Assembly: GCA_030631725.1 (NCBI GenBank) | Contig: DAOVKO010000001.1 | Coordinates: 1-38,252, forward strand | Direction of reading: 5' to 3' | Source of the DNA: Actinomycetes bacterium | GTDB taxonomy: Bacteria > Planctomycetota > Phycisphaerae > JAACET01 | DNA: 38,252 nucleotides | In this document: piece after piece, positions 24,087-32,428 of the stretch | Numbering within the stretch: position 1 is the first letter of the stretch | Layout of the letters: each line of letters starts with the position of its first letter | The notes under the pieces: model-generated | What the model saw: the letters and a program-made list of their open reading frames with translations, nothing else | Databases searched by the model: none | Told to the model about the DNA's origin: nothing | Translations under genes and position numbers: made by a program

Positions 24087-24815
24087 TTGAGAGAAATCAC
24101 AGTGGATGGTAAGAATGAGCTGCCTACGCCACGCCGTAAACCGACAGACCATATAATTAATTCAGTGAAGGCCTTGCTTGCTACTGTGCCGTTTACAGGG
24201 GGGATCGCCTCGGTAATTGCCGACTATGTTCCAAAATCGACAGAGCGTGCGGTCTGGAAAGCCATAGAGTATCTGAACGCAAGGTTGGACGCCTTGGGCA
24301 ATCGAATCGATCGTAATACCGTCGATGAAGATGAGTTTTCTGACTCCATTAAGTCGTTTCTGAGGCTTAGTCAGAGGAGTTCTCAAGACGAGAAACTAAA
24401 AGCGGCAGCGAATATCTTGGCCAATATCATGCTAAAAGATGGGGATCCTGACAAACTATCCTACTCAGAGCTTGATCATTTCTCCAGATGTGTTGAATCG
24501 CTGTCTATAGGCGCACTTCGCGTACTTGGTGAATGCTATAGTTTTGCCAAACGACACCCCTTGAACAAAACTGCGGAAGGATTCAGGGTCAACTCTGGAG
24601 AACTAATCCGACAAATAGAAGAACAGTCTCCTGATCTCATTATGTCTTTAGTGACTGAGCTGGATTCTTGGAATTTGGTTCAAGATGGCTCGAGACAGAG
24701 TTTTGCGAGAACTTATGCAGAGATACGCGGGATGTCCTATTGCTCTAATATCCCCTTGCATCTCACTAGGATGGGTATTAAATTTGTCGAACACATTCTT
24801 CGAGTAGAGGACTGA
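24087..24815 (+). CDS. hypothetical helical protein (possibly Abi-alpha/DUF4393-like)
   Basis: 242-aa ORF in an AT-richer region. No N-terminal ATG, so the start is uncertain (TTG 24087 or GTG 24102). The segment DEKLKAAANILANIML...FSRCVESLSIGALRVL resembles by eye the 'LxxxxANLLANA ... LxxLSxxEaxiL' pattern of Abi-alpha proteins. Not verified. Confidence 0.5.
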   Translation: MREITVDGKNELPTPRRKPTDHIINSVKALLATVPFTGGIASVIADYVPKSTERAVWKAIEYLNARLDALGNRIDRNTVDEDEFSDSIKSFLRLSQRSSQDEKLKAAANILANIMLKDGDPDKLSYSELDHFSRCVESLSIGALRVLGECYSFAKRHPLNKTAEGFRVNSGELIRQIEEQSPDLIMSLVTELDSWNLVQDGSRQSFARTYAEIRGMSYCSNIPLHLTRMGIKFVEHILRVED

Positions 24816-24835
24816 ATCACCAGTTGGATCCCAAA

Positions 24836-24864
24836 TTGCATCTCCCCACCGACTCGGCTATGGT
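24836..24864 (+). promoter_or_regulatory. promoter-like U motif copy 1 (upstream of hydrolase gene)
   Basis: TTGCAT (24836-24841), 17-nt spacer, TATGGT (24859-24864). Shares two conserved blocks with the copies at 25530 and 26430. Confidence 0.45.
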
Positions 24865-24907
24865 AGTGTAGGCACGAAGACAGCCACAAGAAACAGAGAC
24901 ACATTAA

Positions 24908-25501
24908 ATGCCGGACTATAAAACTCAGCTCTCATTAGCAAAACCCCAAAACTGTGCACTATTGGTTATTGATGTCCAAGAGAAACTGATTAATACCATT
25001 GCTAATGCAGGGGCTGTAATCGCTAATATTACAGCGCTGATCAAAACAGCCCAGCTCTTCCAAGTCCCTATTGTGGTAACCGAACAGGAAAAGCTCGGCC
25101 CAACCGTACCTGTGCTCAAAGAATTACTGCAAACATACCAAGCTTACAATCCCATAAGCAAACAATCCTTCAGTTGTTGTAGAAATGGCCCATTTAGCCA
25201 AGCCCTGGAAAAGACGCATAGAAAACATCTACTGATTACCGGCATCGAAGCCCATATTTGCGTCAGCCAAACAGCCCTTGATTTGTTAGCCAACGATTAC
25301 CTTGTCCAGATCATAGCAGATGCCACTTCTTCTCATAGCCCCCAAGACCACCAAGCAGCCATTGATCGGCTCGCAAGTGCCGGCGCAACAATCACCACAA
25401 CCGAAGCCCTGATCTATGAACTAACAGCCAGCGCCCAAACACCACTATTCAAGCAAATATTGGCCATAGTCAAAGACAGGAGAAACAGTTTCGACCAATA
25501 G
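24908..25501 (+). CDS. isochorismatase-family cysteine hydrolase
   Basis: 197 aa. Triad contexts ALLVIDVQ (Asp), ISKQSFS (Lys) and GIEAHICVSQTALD (Cys). Typical length. Confidence 0.85.
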   Translation: MPDYKTQLSLAKPQNCALLVIDVQEKLINTIANAGAVIANITALIKTAQLFQVPIVVTEQEKLGPTVPVLKELLQTYQAYNPISKQSFSCCRNGPFSQALEKTHRKHLLITGIEAHICVSQTALDLLANDYLVQIIADATSSHSPQDHQAAIDRLASAGATITTTEALIYELTASAQTPLFKQILAIVKDRRNSFDQ

Positions 25502-25532
25502 GCTGAATTCACCCACAACACCAACACAAAGC

Positions 25533-25561
25533 CTGCATCTGCCCATTGATTCGGCTATAGT
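25533..25561 (+). promoter_or_regulatory. promoter-like U motif copy 2
   Basis: CTGCAT (25533-25538), 17-nt spacer, TATAGT (25556-25561). Conserved blocks AGCCTGCATC (25530-25539) and ATTCGGCTAT (25549-25558). Confidence 0.45.
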
Positions 25562-25631
25562 AGGGAGACGACTTATGTTGAGAGCTGTTCCACCACGCTA
25601 GGAATTGTTGGTTCTTATTAAGGGAGTTCAG

Positions 25632-26384
25632 ATGACCGAGGGACCGGATATCAGATCAGACTGGAATCAGCATATGCGACAGAATGTCCTCAACTGGCTG
25701 GTCGGTGATGGGGAGAAGCATCTGTGCACGAATGCTTTACTGCTGCTTGGTAATCCGTATTTGTTTCAGAAGGAGGTCTTTTTTCAACAGTTCGATGAAG
25801 TGGAGCAGGTTGGTCTCTTTCACAACGCCGTGGTCAACGGCAAAAAGGTCACTTTCATCGAGCCACTTTTCGGAGCACCAATGACTGCTATGTACGTCGA
25901 GATATTAGCCGATATGGAGGTCCAGAACATTATAGCTTGCGGATATGTCGGTGGTATCTCTTCCACGGCAAGAATCGGAAGTTATGGCTTGGTCACTGAA
26001 GCGCGCGGGCTTGATGGTACAACTCAAGCCTACTCGCCGTCTCGCTCGACATTTTCGGCCTCTGATCTACTCGTTAAAAAGTTGCAACAGCAACTTACTC
26101 AACGAAGTCTAGCGTATCAAGCAGGCTCTATTGCCAGCATAGATGCTCTATTGCTGGAAGACGATAGGATGATCCAGAATTTCCGGGACGCTGGTCATTG
26201 CTTCGTAGACCTGGAGACATCGTGTTTGTTCGCTTTGGGAACCCTGAGAAAGTTTCAAGCTGCCGCACTGCACATTGTCACTGATAACCCAACCAACAAG
26301 ACTATCGACAGTGGATATGAACATGAGGCGTGCTTCACCGAGCAGATACAAATGGCGCTCGATGTGCTAACGTCGCTGGATTAG
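25632..26384 (+). CDS. nucleoside phosphorylase superfamily (PNP_UDP_1-like) protein, divergent
   Basis: FGAPMTAMYVEILADMEVQNIIACGYVGGI and FVDLETSCLFALG...LHIVTDNP follow the PNP/UDP phosphorylase pattern. The usual GDPxR phosphate motif reads GNPYL here. ATG 25632 has AAGGGAG upstream. Confidence 0.65.
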   Translation: MTEGPDIRSDWNQHMRQNVLNWLVGDGEKHLCTNALLLLGNPYLFQKEVFFQQFDEVEQVGLFHNAVVNGKKVTFIEPLFGAPMTAMYVEILADMEVQNIIACGYVGGISSTARIGSYGLVTEARGLDGTTQAYSPSRSTFSASDLLVKKLQQQLTQRSLAYQAGSIASIDALLLEDDRMIQNFRDAGHCFVDLETSCLFALGTLRKFQAAALHIVTDNPTNKTIDSGYEHEACFTEQIQMALDVLTSLD

Positions 26385-26432
26385 ATGATAGAACCGCGTG
26401 TGGGCTTTCACAACTTTGTTGCCCGTTGGAGC

Positions 26433-26461
26433 CTGCATCCGCCAGCCAATTCGGCTATGAT
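26433..26461 (+). promoter_or_regulatory. promoter-like U motif copy 3 (upstream of mobA)
   Basis: CTGCAT (26433-26438), 17-nt spacer, TATGAT (26456-26461). Conserved blocks AGCCTGCATC (26430-26439) and ATTCGGCTAT (26449-26458). Confidence 0.45.
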
Positions 26462-26503
26462 GCTTGGCGGCAAATGATTCACTAACTGCAAAACGCAACG
26501 CCC

Positions 26504-27130
26504 ATGCTGGAAAAGCTTCCCATCCTGAAGAAGTACCTCCGGGAAAAATGGCTGAGCACGCCGGTGTTCGGCTGCGTTCTGATTGGGGGCGACAGCTCCC
26601 GCATGGGCTCGGCTAAGCATCTGCTCACCAAGGACGGCCAAACCATGCTGGTCCGGACAATCGAATGTCTCGAGCAGGTCGTCGGCTCAAACGTCGTCAT
26701 CTGCGGAGCAGGAAAAGTCCCCGAGAGCCTGGCCCGCTTCAAGCGCCTTCCCGACGTCCCCGACGCCCAGGGCCCGATGTCCGGCGTATTGGCTGGGATG
26801 CGCTGGCGGCCGAGGGCTTCCTGGCTCGTTGCTGCTTGTGACCTGCCGGAGCTGAGCCCGGCTGCCCTGGAATGGCTGCTCTCCACCCGGGCCCCCGGCA
26901 TCTGGGCCAGCCTGCCGAGTCTGGATGGCTCACAATACGTCGAGCCCCTCTTAGCCCATTATGATTTTCGCGCTCGCCCATTGTTGGAACAGTTAGCTGC
27001 TCAGGGCAATTTCCGCCCCGGCCGCATCGCCTCGCACCCAAAAGTCCGCATCTTCCCCGTACCTCCGCATCTGCAAGCCGCCTGGCGAAACGCAAACTCC
27101 CCCCGAGACCTCAAAAACGATGCCTTCTAG
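26504..27130 (+). CDS. mobA: molybdenum cofactor guanylyltransferase (MobA-like NTP transferase)
   Basis: VLIGGDSSRMGSAKHLL, PDVPDAQGPMSGVLAG and LVAACDLPELS match MobA motifs. 208 aa. Confidence 0.8.
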   Translation: MLEKLPILKKYLREKWLSTPVFGCVLIGGDSSRMGSAKHLLTKDGQTMLVRTIECLEQVVGSNVVICGAGKVPESLARFKRLPDVPDAQGPMSGVLAGMRWRPRASWLVAACDLPELSPAALEWLLSTRAPGIWASLPSLDGSQYVEPLLAHYDFRARPLLEQLAAQGNFRPGRIASHPKVRIFPVPPHLQAAWRNANSPRDLKNDAF

Positions 27131-27305
27131 CCCCGTATTATGCCCCAAGCTTGAACTTTCCCACCGAATGTGCTAAAAAGCTGGCCAAAAGTTCGTTTGC
27201 GTTGCTTGCAGGAGTAGACTCTTTGACCGGCGGCTTGACTAGCCAATTATCGGACAGCCTCAAATACCTGATAATGCATAACGGTATAGGATGGGAGTGC
27301 CACCT

Positions 27306-27352
27306 TTGATAACACCTCCCCTGCCTCAACGCCGAGCGGAGCTGGGATGGCA
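27306..27352 (+). repeat. R-family intergenic repeat, copy R1
   Basis: TTGATAACACCTCCCC-TGCCTCAACGCCGAGCGGAG-CTGGG-ATGGCA. The 20-mer core is at 27321-27340. Confidence 0.65.
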
Positions 27353-27376
27353 AGCTGACCTGATATGCGGTATAAT
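27348..27376 (+). promoter_or_regulatory. candidate promoter for pruA
   Basis: TGGCAA (27348-27353), 17-nt spacer, TATAAT (27371-27376). This would give a ~109-nt leader before ATG 27492, which has an AAGGAG RBS. Confidence 0.4.
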
Positions 27377-27491
27377 CACCGGGGGCTGATCAATTGGTTG
27401 TGTGCAGGGTATGGAGCCTTTGTCGAAGAGGGGAGGAAGGGACTCTGACCTGGATGAGCACGAAGGAATCTCCTAACCAAAGGAGCAATGT

Positions 27492-29123
27492 ATGTTCAAC
27501 GGCATTTTCAACATCCCCAAACCGATGAACGAGAAGGTTCTCGCCTACGCCCCTGGCTCACCGGAGCGAGCGGAGCTTAAGGCCGCCTTGCAGCAGTTGC
27601 TCGCCCAGCAGACCGAGGTGCCGATGGTCATCGCCGGCAAGGAGGTACAGGGCGACACGACGGCCCCCATGGTCTGCCCCCACGACCATCAGCACGAACT
27701 GGGCCGCTATCACCTCGGCAATGCCTTCTGCGTCGAGCAGGCGATCTCCGCCGCCAACGAGGCCAAGCCCGAATGGGCCGCCATGAGTTGGGACTGCCGG
27801 GCTACCGTTCTTCTCAAAGCCGCCGACTTGCTCTCGACGAAGTACCGCGCGATCGTCAACGCCGCGACTATGCTGAACATGTCGAAGACGGCCTACCAGG
27901 CGGAGATCGACTCGGCCTGTGAGTTGATCGATTTCTGGCGGTTCAACCCCTACTACATGCAGATCATCTACGGCGATCAACCGACCTCGCAGCACGGCGT
28001 GCTCAACTACATGGACCATCGCCCGCTGGACGGATTTGTGCTGGCCCTGACTCCGTTCAACTTCACCTCCATCGCAGGCAATCTACCGACCGCCCCGGCT
28101 CTGATGGGCAACACCGTCGTCTGGAAGCCGGCCAGCAGCGCCGTGCTGCCGGCACACTTCATTATGAATATCCTCAAGGAGGCCGGCCTGCCGGACGGCG
28201 TGATCAACATGGTGCCCGGTTCCGGGCCGGTCGTCGCCCCGCCGGCATTGGACCACGTGGACCTCGGCGGCGTGCACTTCACGGGCAGCACGAGGGTCTT
28301 CAGTACCATCTGGCTGGCCATCGGCTCCGACATCCGCAAGTATATCTGCTACCCGCGGATCGTCGGCGAGACCGGCGGCAAGAACTTCATTCTCGCTCAT
28401 ACTTCCACTGACATCGACGCCCTGGCCACTGCCTTGCTCCGCGGGGCCTTCGAGTATCAGGGGCAGAAATGCTCCGCCGCCAGCCGGGCCTACATCCCCG
28501 ACTCGATCTGGCCGCAGGTCAAGCAGAAGCTGCTGGACGACACAGCCCAGGCCCGCATGGGGGATGTCTGCGACTTCACCAACTTCATGGGCAGCGTGAT
28601 CGACCAGAACGCCTTCACCTCAATCAGCGAATACATTGACTTCGCCAAGAGCTCCCCGGACTGCGAAATCCTCTGCGGCGGCAAGTGTGACAGCACAAGC
28701 GGCTACTTTATCGAGCCCACCATTGTTCTCACCAAGGAGCCGAAGAACAAGATGATGGTCGAGGAAATCTTCGGCCCGGTGCTGACGGTGTTCGTCTATC
28801 CCGAGAAGCAGTACAGCGAGACGTTGGACCTCTGTGACCAGACCTCCCCGTATGCCCTGACCGGGGCCATCTTCGCCACTGACCGTGCCGCGATTCGCCT
28901 GGCCATGCAGAAGCTGCGTTACGCAGCCGGCAATTTCTACATTAACGACAAGCCCACTGGCGCGGTCGTCGGCCAGCAGCCCTTCGGCGGCACCCGGGCC
29001 AGCGGCACCAACGACAAGGCCGGCAGCTGGCTCAACCTCGAACGCTGGGTCAGTCCCCGAGCCATCAAGGAGAACTTCATGCCGTCGCGCGACTTCCGCT
29101 ATCCCTACATGGCCAAAGAGTGA
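27492..29123 (+). CDS. pruA: L-glutamate gamma-semialdehyde (1-pyrroline-5-carboxylate) dehydrogenase
   Basis: 543 aa ALDH-family protein. The N-terminus FNIPKPMNEKVLAYAPGSPERAEL, EYQGQKCSAASR (catalytic Cys) and VGETGGKN are typical of PruA/ALDH4. Confidence 0.9.
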   Translation: MFNGIFNIPKPMNEKVLAYAPGSPERAELKAALQQLLAQQTEVPMVIAGKEVQGDTTAPMVCPHDHQHELGRYHLGNAFCVEQAISAANEAKPEWAAMSWDCRATVLLKAADLLSTKYRAIVNAATMLNMSKTAYQAEIDSACELIDFWRFNPYYMQIIYGDQPTSQHGVLNYMDHRPLDGFVLALTPFNFTSIAGNLPTAPALMGNTVVWKPASSAVLPAHFIMNILKEAGLPDGVINMVPGSGPVVAPPALDHVDLGGVHFTGSTRVFSTIWLAIGSDIRKYICYPRIVGETGGKNFILAHTSTDIDALATALLRGAFEYQGQKCSAASRAYIPDSIWPQVKQKLLDDTAQARMGDVCDFTNFMGSVIDQNAFTSISEYIDFAKSSPDCEILCGGKCDSTSGYFIEPTIVLTKEPKNKMMVEEIFGPVLTVFVYPEKQYSETLDLCDQTSPYALTGAIFATDRAAIRLAMQKLRYAAGNFYINDKPTGAVVGQQPFGGTRASGTNDKAGSWLNLERWVSPRAIKENFMPSRDFRYPYMAKE

Positions 29124-29220
29124 TCCCATTGCGGATTTCAGATTTCGGGGGCCATCTCACTTGTGGGCAGAAACTGTGGCTTGTCCACAACCAGCATTCT
29201 CCTTCGGCGCCGCTCCATCC

Positions 29221-29247
29221 GTGCGTCAACCCCGAGCGGAGACGCAC
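29221..29247 (+). repeat. R-family repeat, copy R2 (hairpin form)
   Basis: GTGCGTC-AACCCCGAGCGGA-GACGCAC. The core is about 17/20 to R1/R3/R4. The flanks form a 7-bp stem around the conserved loop. Confidence 0.45.
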
Positions 29248-29372
29248 GGAGTTGGGCTGTGAGATGTTCAGGATAGATGCTTGTCTCATACAGGCCACAT
29301 CGCGTAATCTGTATGCGTGTGTCGATTCAATATGCTTCCAGCACATCCAGAACCAAGGGAAAGCGGGTTATC

Positions 29373-29909
29373 ATGGCCAAGAAGTCAATTCCCAAGATAC
29401 GTTCATCCAAACTTTCTCAAAGCCAACTCAAGCAGATGGCGATGGGCCTGCGAGCTATCAAAGCAAAGGTCATCTCCCCAGCCACGGTCCAGACTGCCGG
29501 ATGGGTACGGTGGAAGTGTCAGTTCGGCTGCGGAGGCTTCGGAACCAGTTTGGTTTGTCCTCCGCATACCCCTAACCCAGCGGACACTCGCTTGATGCTA
29601 GATGAATACAAGCGAGCCGTCCTGTTTGAGGCTCCCCTTGGCAAGGCCAAGAAGATCGCGGCGGCTCTGGAGCGGAAGCTGTTTTTGGTAGGTTATTATA
29701 AAGCCCTGGGTTTAGGAGCCGGACCCTGCAGTCTGTGCGACTCCTGTGCCTTCGAGGAGGGTTGCTGTCACCCGCATCAAGCCCGGCCTTCCATGGAGGC
29801 CTGTGGTATCGACGTTTTTGCCACGGTTCGCAGCCACGGCTTTACTATCGATGTAGTCCATACCCGCAAGGCCCCACAACACTATTTCGGTTTGGTCCTG
29901 GTGGAATAG
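29373..29909 (+). CDS. DUF2284 metal-binding protein
   Basis: WVRWKCQFGCGGFGTSLVCPP and CSLCDSCAFEEGCCHP Cys clusters are characteristic of DUF2284. ATG 29373. The track ORF starts at 29277. Confidence 0.75.
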   Translation: MAKKSIPKIRSSKLSQSQLKQMAMGLRAIKAKVISPATVQTAGWVRWKCQFGCGGFGTSLVCPPHTPNPADTRLMLDEYKRAVLFEAPLGKAKKIAAALERKLFLVGYYKALGLGAGPCSLCDSCAFEEGCCHPHQARPSMEACGIDVFATVRSHGFTIDVVHTRKAPQHYFGLVLVE

Positions 29910-29971
29910 CTCTCTTATGTTGCACTATTCTGCGGCTTTTTGACGTCAGAAAGACGACCATGTACTCCCCT

Positions 29972-30017
29972 CTGATACCACCCCCCCGTGCCTCAACGCC
30001 GAGCGGAGAGGATGGCT
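29972..30017 (+). repeat. R-family intergenic repeat, copy R3
   Basis: CTGATACCACCCCCCCG-TGCCTCAACGCCGAGCGGAG-AGG-ATGGCT. The core is at 29988-30007. Confidence 0.65.
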
Positions 30018-30053
30018 GCGGGTTGGGGTGGCGAGACAACGTCTCCCTGAACA

Positions 30054-30082
30054 TGGAATCCTAACATAAACTCTGGTATCAT
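30054..30082 (+). promoter_or_regulatory. candidate promoter for the lipoprotein gene
   Basis: TGGAAT (30054-30059), 17-nt spacer, TATCAT (30077-30082). It lies about 45 nt upstream of ATG 30131. Confidence 0.35.
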
Positions 30083-30130
30083 CCATAAGGGCAGCCTAGC
30101 CAACGTTCGATATTACCTTTAGGAGGGATA

Positions 30131-30646
30131 ATGGTGATAACTGAGAAGATCAATATCTCTTGGTTTGTTCTGGGCCTTGCCGTAGCTCTCGTTGGATGTG
30201 GGCGTAGCACTCCAACGACCGATGTGACGGAATATCTCGGAAAGTCTGACGAAGAGATCAAGGAGATGTTGGGAGAGCCAAGCGGGCGTGGAGACAGCGA
30301 AGCACAGGCTCGATTGCAGCAAATGGATAGACAATTGATGCAACAGCACTTCCAGGAGAAGCGGCTTGTCTACCGCCAGGAGGTATCACCACTGCCGAAG
30401 CCGCTGGTAACTTTGGAGCTGATTATCTCAAAGGACGGCGTATGTAAGCAGATTCTCGGACAGACGACTGGGTTTGATACCCCGGAGGCACTGTTAGACG
30501 CAATCGGATTGGGCGATCTCGATAAAGAAGAAAGTAGCCGGGACCGACTGGGAGTAACCTACAGCATACCGCGATATACATTGGTTCAGGTGCACCGCCC
30601 GTCAAGCATGATTCGGCAATACAAGAACTTCAGCGTTGCTCGCTGA
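30131..30646 (+). CDS. hypothetical lipoprotein
   Basis: 171 aa. Signal peptide with lipobox LVGC (WFVLGLAVALVGCG). AGGAGGG RBS. No family recognised. Confidence 0.6.
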   Translation: MVITEKINISWFVLGLAVALVGCGRSTPTTDVTEYLGKSDEEIKEMLGEPSGRGDSEAQARLQQMDRQLMQQHFQEKRLVYRQEVSPLPKPLVTLELIISKDGVCKQILGQTTGFDTPEALLDAIGLGDLDKEESSRDRLGVTYSIPRYTLVQVHRPSSMIRQYKNFSVAR

Positions 30647-30651
30647 TCTCA

Positions 30652-30680
30652 GCCGCCATTGGTGCGAATCGAATGGCGGC
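30652..30680 (+). terminator. perfect 9-bp hairpin after the lipoprotein gene
   Basis: GCCGCCATT (30652-30660) and AATGGCGGC (30672-30680) with an 11-nt loop, starting 6 nt after the stop. No U tract follows, so terminator function is uncertain. Confidence 0.4.
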
Positions 30681-30688
30681 AACTATAC

Positions 30689-30742
30689 CTGATACCATCC
30701 CCCCACCCTGCCTCAACGCCGAGCGGAGAGGCTGTGATGGCA
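30689..30742 (+). repeat. R-family intergenic repeat, copy R4
   Basis: CTGATACCATCCCCCCACCC-TGCCTCAACGCCGAGCGGAG-AGGCTGTG-ATGGCA. The core is at 30708-30727. Confidence 0.65.
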
Positions 30743-30766
30743 TCTCCACGCGGATTCGGATAGGAT
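30738..30766 (+). promoter_or_regulatory. candidate promoter for putP
   Basis: TGGCAT (30738-30743), 17-nt spacer, TAGGAT (30761-30766). It lies about 50 nt upstream of GTG 30816. Confidence 0.3.
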
Positions 30767-30815
30767 TGGGGGGAAGGTAGCCAAGCCCTTAGTTTCTGGA
30801 CAAGGAATAGGCATC

Positions 30816-32342
30816 GTGTGGCTACTGATCGTTTTCATACTCTATCTGGCTCTGCTCGCCGCAATCGGAGTGTACTGCGTTCGATTTAATCGCACACTGG
30901 CCGACTTCGTGCTCGGCGGGCGTCGGCTGGGGCCGTGGGTTACAGCTATCAGCGCCCAGGCCAGCGATATGAGCGCTTGGCTGCTCATAGGCCTGCCAGC
31001 AATGGCCTATGCTGCTGGACTGAGTGTACTTTGGGCAGTGATCGGTTGCGCGATAGGCACTATATTCAACTGGCTGGTAATAGCTCCGCGGCTCCGTCGT
31101 GAGGCGGGTAAGACCGGCGCTTTGACCATCCCGGACTACTTGGCAACTCGTTATAGCCACGGTCGCTTGCCGTTGGTCCGAATTGTCTCTGTAATCGTGA
31201 TCCTCCTGGCCTACGCTACCTATATCGCCTCCCAGTTCATGGCAGCCGGGAAGATCTTCGAAACAACCTTCGCCGAACTTGAGACTCCTTGGGGTTTCGT
31301 GTCCATAGGCTACCACACGGGCATCCTTCTTGGCGTGGGGATCATCCTTCTGTATACGTCAATGGGAGGTTTTACGGCAGTGGCCTGGACCGACCTTGCC
31401 CAGGGCATACTAATGGTTCTCACGGTGCTGGTGCTACCTTTGGTTGGTCTAATGGCCCTTGGCGGCCTGCCAATGCTTTGGAGTAAATTGCACAGCGTCA
31501 ATCCGAACTTGTTGGGTCTTTCTGGAGCCGAAGGTACGAGTGGATTGGCCTTCTGGATGGGTGTCTGCGTGGGAGGACTATCCTGGGGATTGGGTTATCC
31601 CGGTCAGCCACACATTCTTGTGCGTTTCATGGCTTTGGGCGATCCCAAGAATATGCGGCGGGCAGCTCTGATCGGCATCGTCTGGGTGTTCTTGGCCATG
31701 TTTGGCGCTGTCTTTCTTGGACTTGTTGCCCGAGTGATGATCGGACCTCTGGTAGACGTCGATCATGCCATGCCAGCACTGGCGGTCCAGCTGATGCATC
31801 CTGCCCTGGCCGGGGTCATGATCGCTGGGGCCGTGGCTGCCATGATGAGTACTGTGGATTCACAACTGCTCGTCGCTGCTTCAGCCGTGGAGGAGGATAT
31901 CTATATTCGTCTACTGGGCGGCCACCCGCGGAACCGCACAGCCGTATGGATCGGCCGTATCACCGTACTGGCACTCGGTGCAGCTGCCGTCCCGATAGCA
32001 TGGAATCGCCAGAGCGTCTTCCAGACCGTCTTCAACGCATGGGGCGTGCTGGCTGCAGGCTTGGGTCCCGTGGTTATCCTCGGACTGCTCACAAAGCGCA
32101 CGAACCATTGGGGTGCCGTGGTGGGTATTCTAGTCGGACTGGTTATCGCCCAGTTCTGGGGCACGGTCAAACCCTTCTTCGGGGGAGATAGCCTTTTCGT
32201 AAACGGCCTCATTCCCGGCTTTGTCCTCAACCTCCTCCTGGCCTACCTTGTAAGCCTCGCGACCAGCCGTTCCCGGCCGTTTACCAAGGCTGGCTCCATG
32301 GACCAAAACTGCACAAAGCACGGAATGGAGGCTGCAAAGTAG
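30816..32342 (+). CDS. putP: sodium:solute (proline) symporter, SSF family
   Basis: 508 aa and polytopic. The N-terminus LALLAAIGVYCVRFNRTLADFVLGGRRLGPWVTAISAQASDMSAWLLIGLP is typical of PutP-type SSF transporters. GTG start. Confidence 0.8.
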   Translation: MWLLIVFILYLALLAAIGVYCVRFNRTLADFVLGGRRLGPWVTAISAQASDMSAWLLIGLPAMAYAAGLSVLWAVIGCAIGTIFNWLVIAPRLRREAGKTGALTIPDYLATRYSHGRLPLVRIVSVIVILLAYATYIASQFMAAGKIFETTFAELETPWGFVSIGYHTGILLGVGIILLYTSMGGFTAVAWTDLAQGILMVLTVLVLPLVGLMALGGLPMLWSKLHSVNPNLLGLSGAEGTSGLAFWMGVCVGGLSWGLGYPGQPHILVRFMALGDPKNMRRAALIGIVWVFLAMFGAVFLGLVARVMIGPLVDVDHAMPALAVQLMHPALAGVMIAGAVAAMMSTVDSQLLVAASAVEEDIYIRLLGGHPRNRTAVWIGRITVLALGAAAVPIAWNRQSVFQTVFNAWGVLAAGLGPVVILGLLTKRTNHWGAVVGILVGLVIAQFWGTVKPFFGGDSLFVNGLIPGFVLNLLLAYLVSLATSRSRPFTKAGSMDQNCTKHGMEAAK

Positions 32343-32428
32343 CCGTATAAGTTGTGGAAAAAACACGTTCTCAAGACTTCCGCGCGTGGATTAGTGGATT
32401 ATAGGATATAACCGGCCATCTCTCCCCT

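Noticed and set aside
24822-24842. Sigma-54-like -24/-12 arrangement (TGGATC-N5-TTGCAT) in U motif copy 1
   Set aside because: The GG-N10-GC spacing occurs only in this copy. The better-conserved copies at 25530 and 26430 lack the -24 GG, so the match is probably chance.
25575-25601. Upstream mini-ORFs in leaders, e.g. MLRAVPPR* with a GGGAG SD before the phosphorylase-like gene, and MIH* before mobA
   Set aside because: They are too short and are not conserved between the three U-motif leaders. I noted them only as possible leader peptides.
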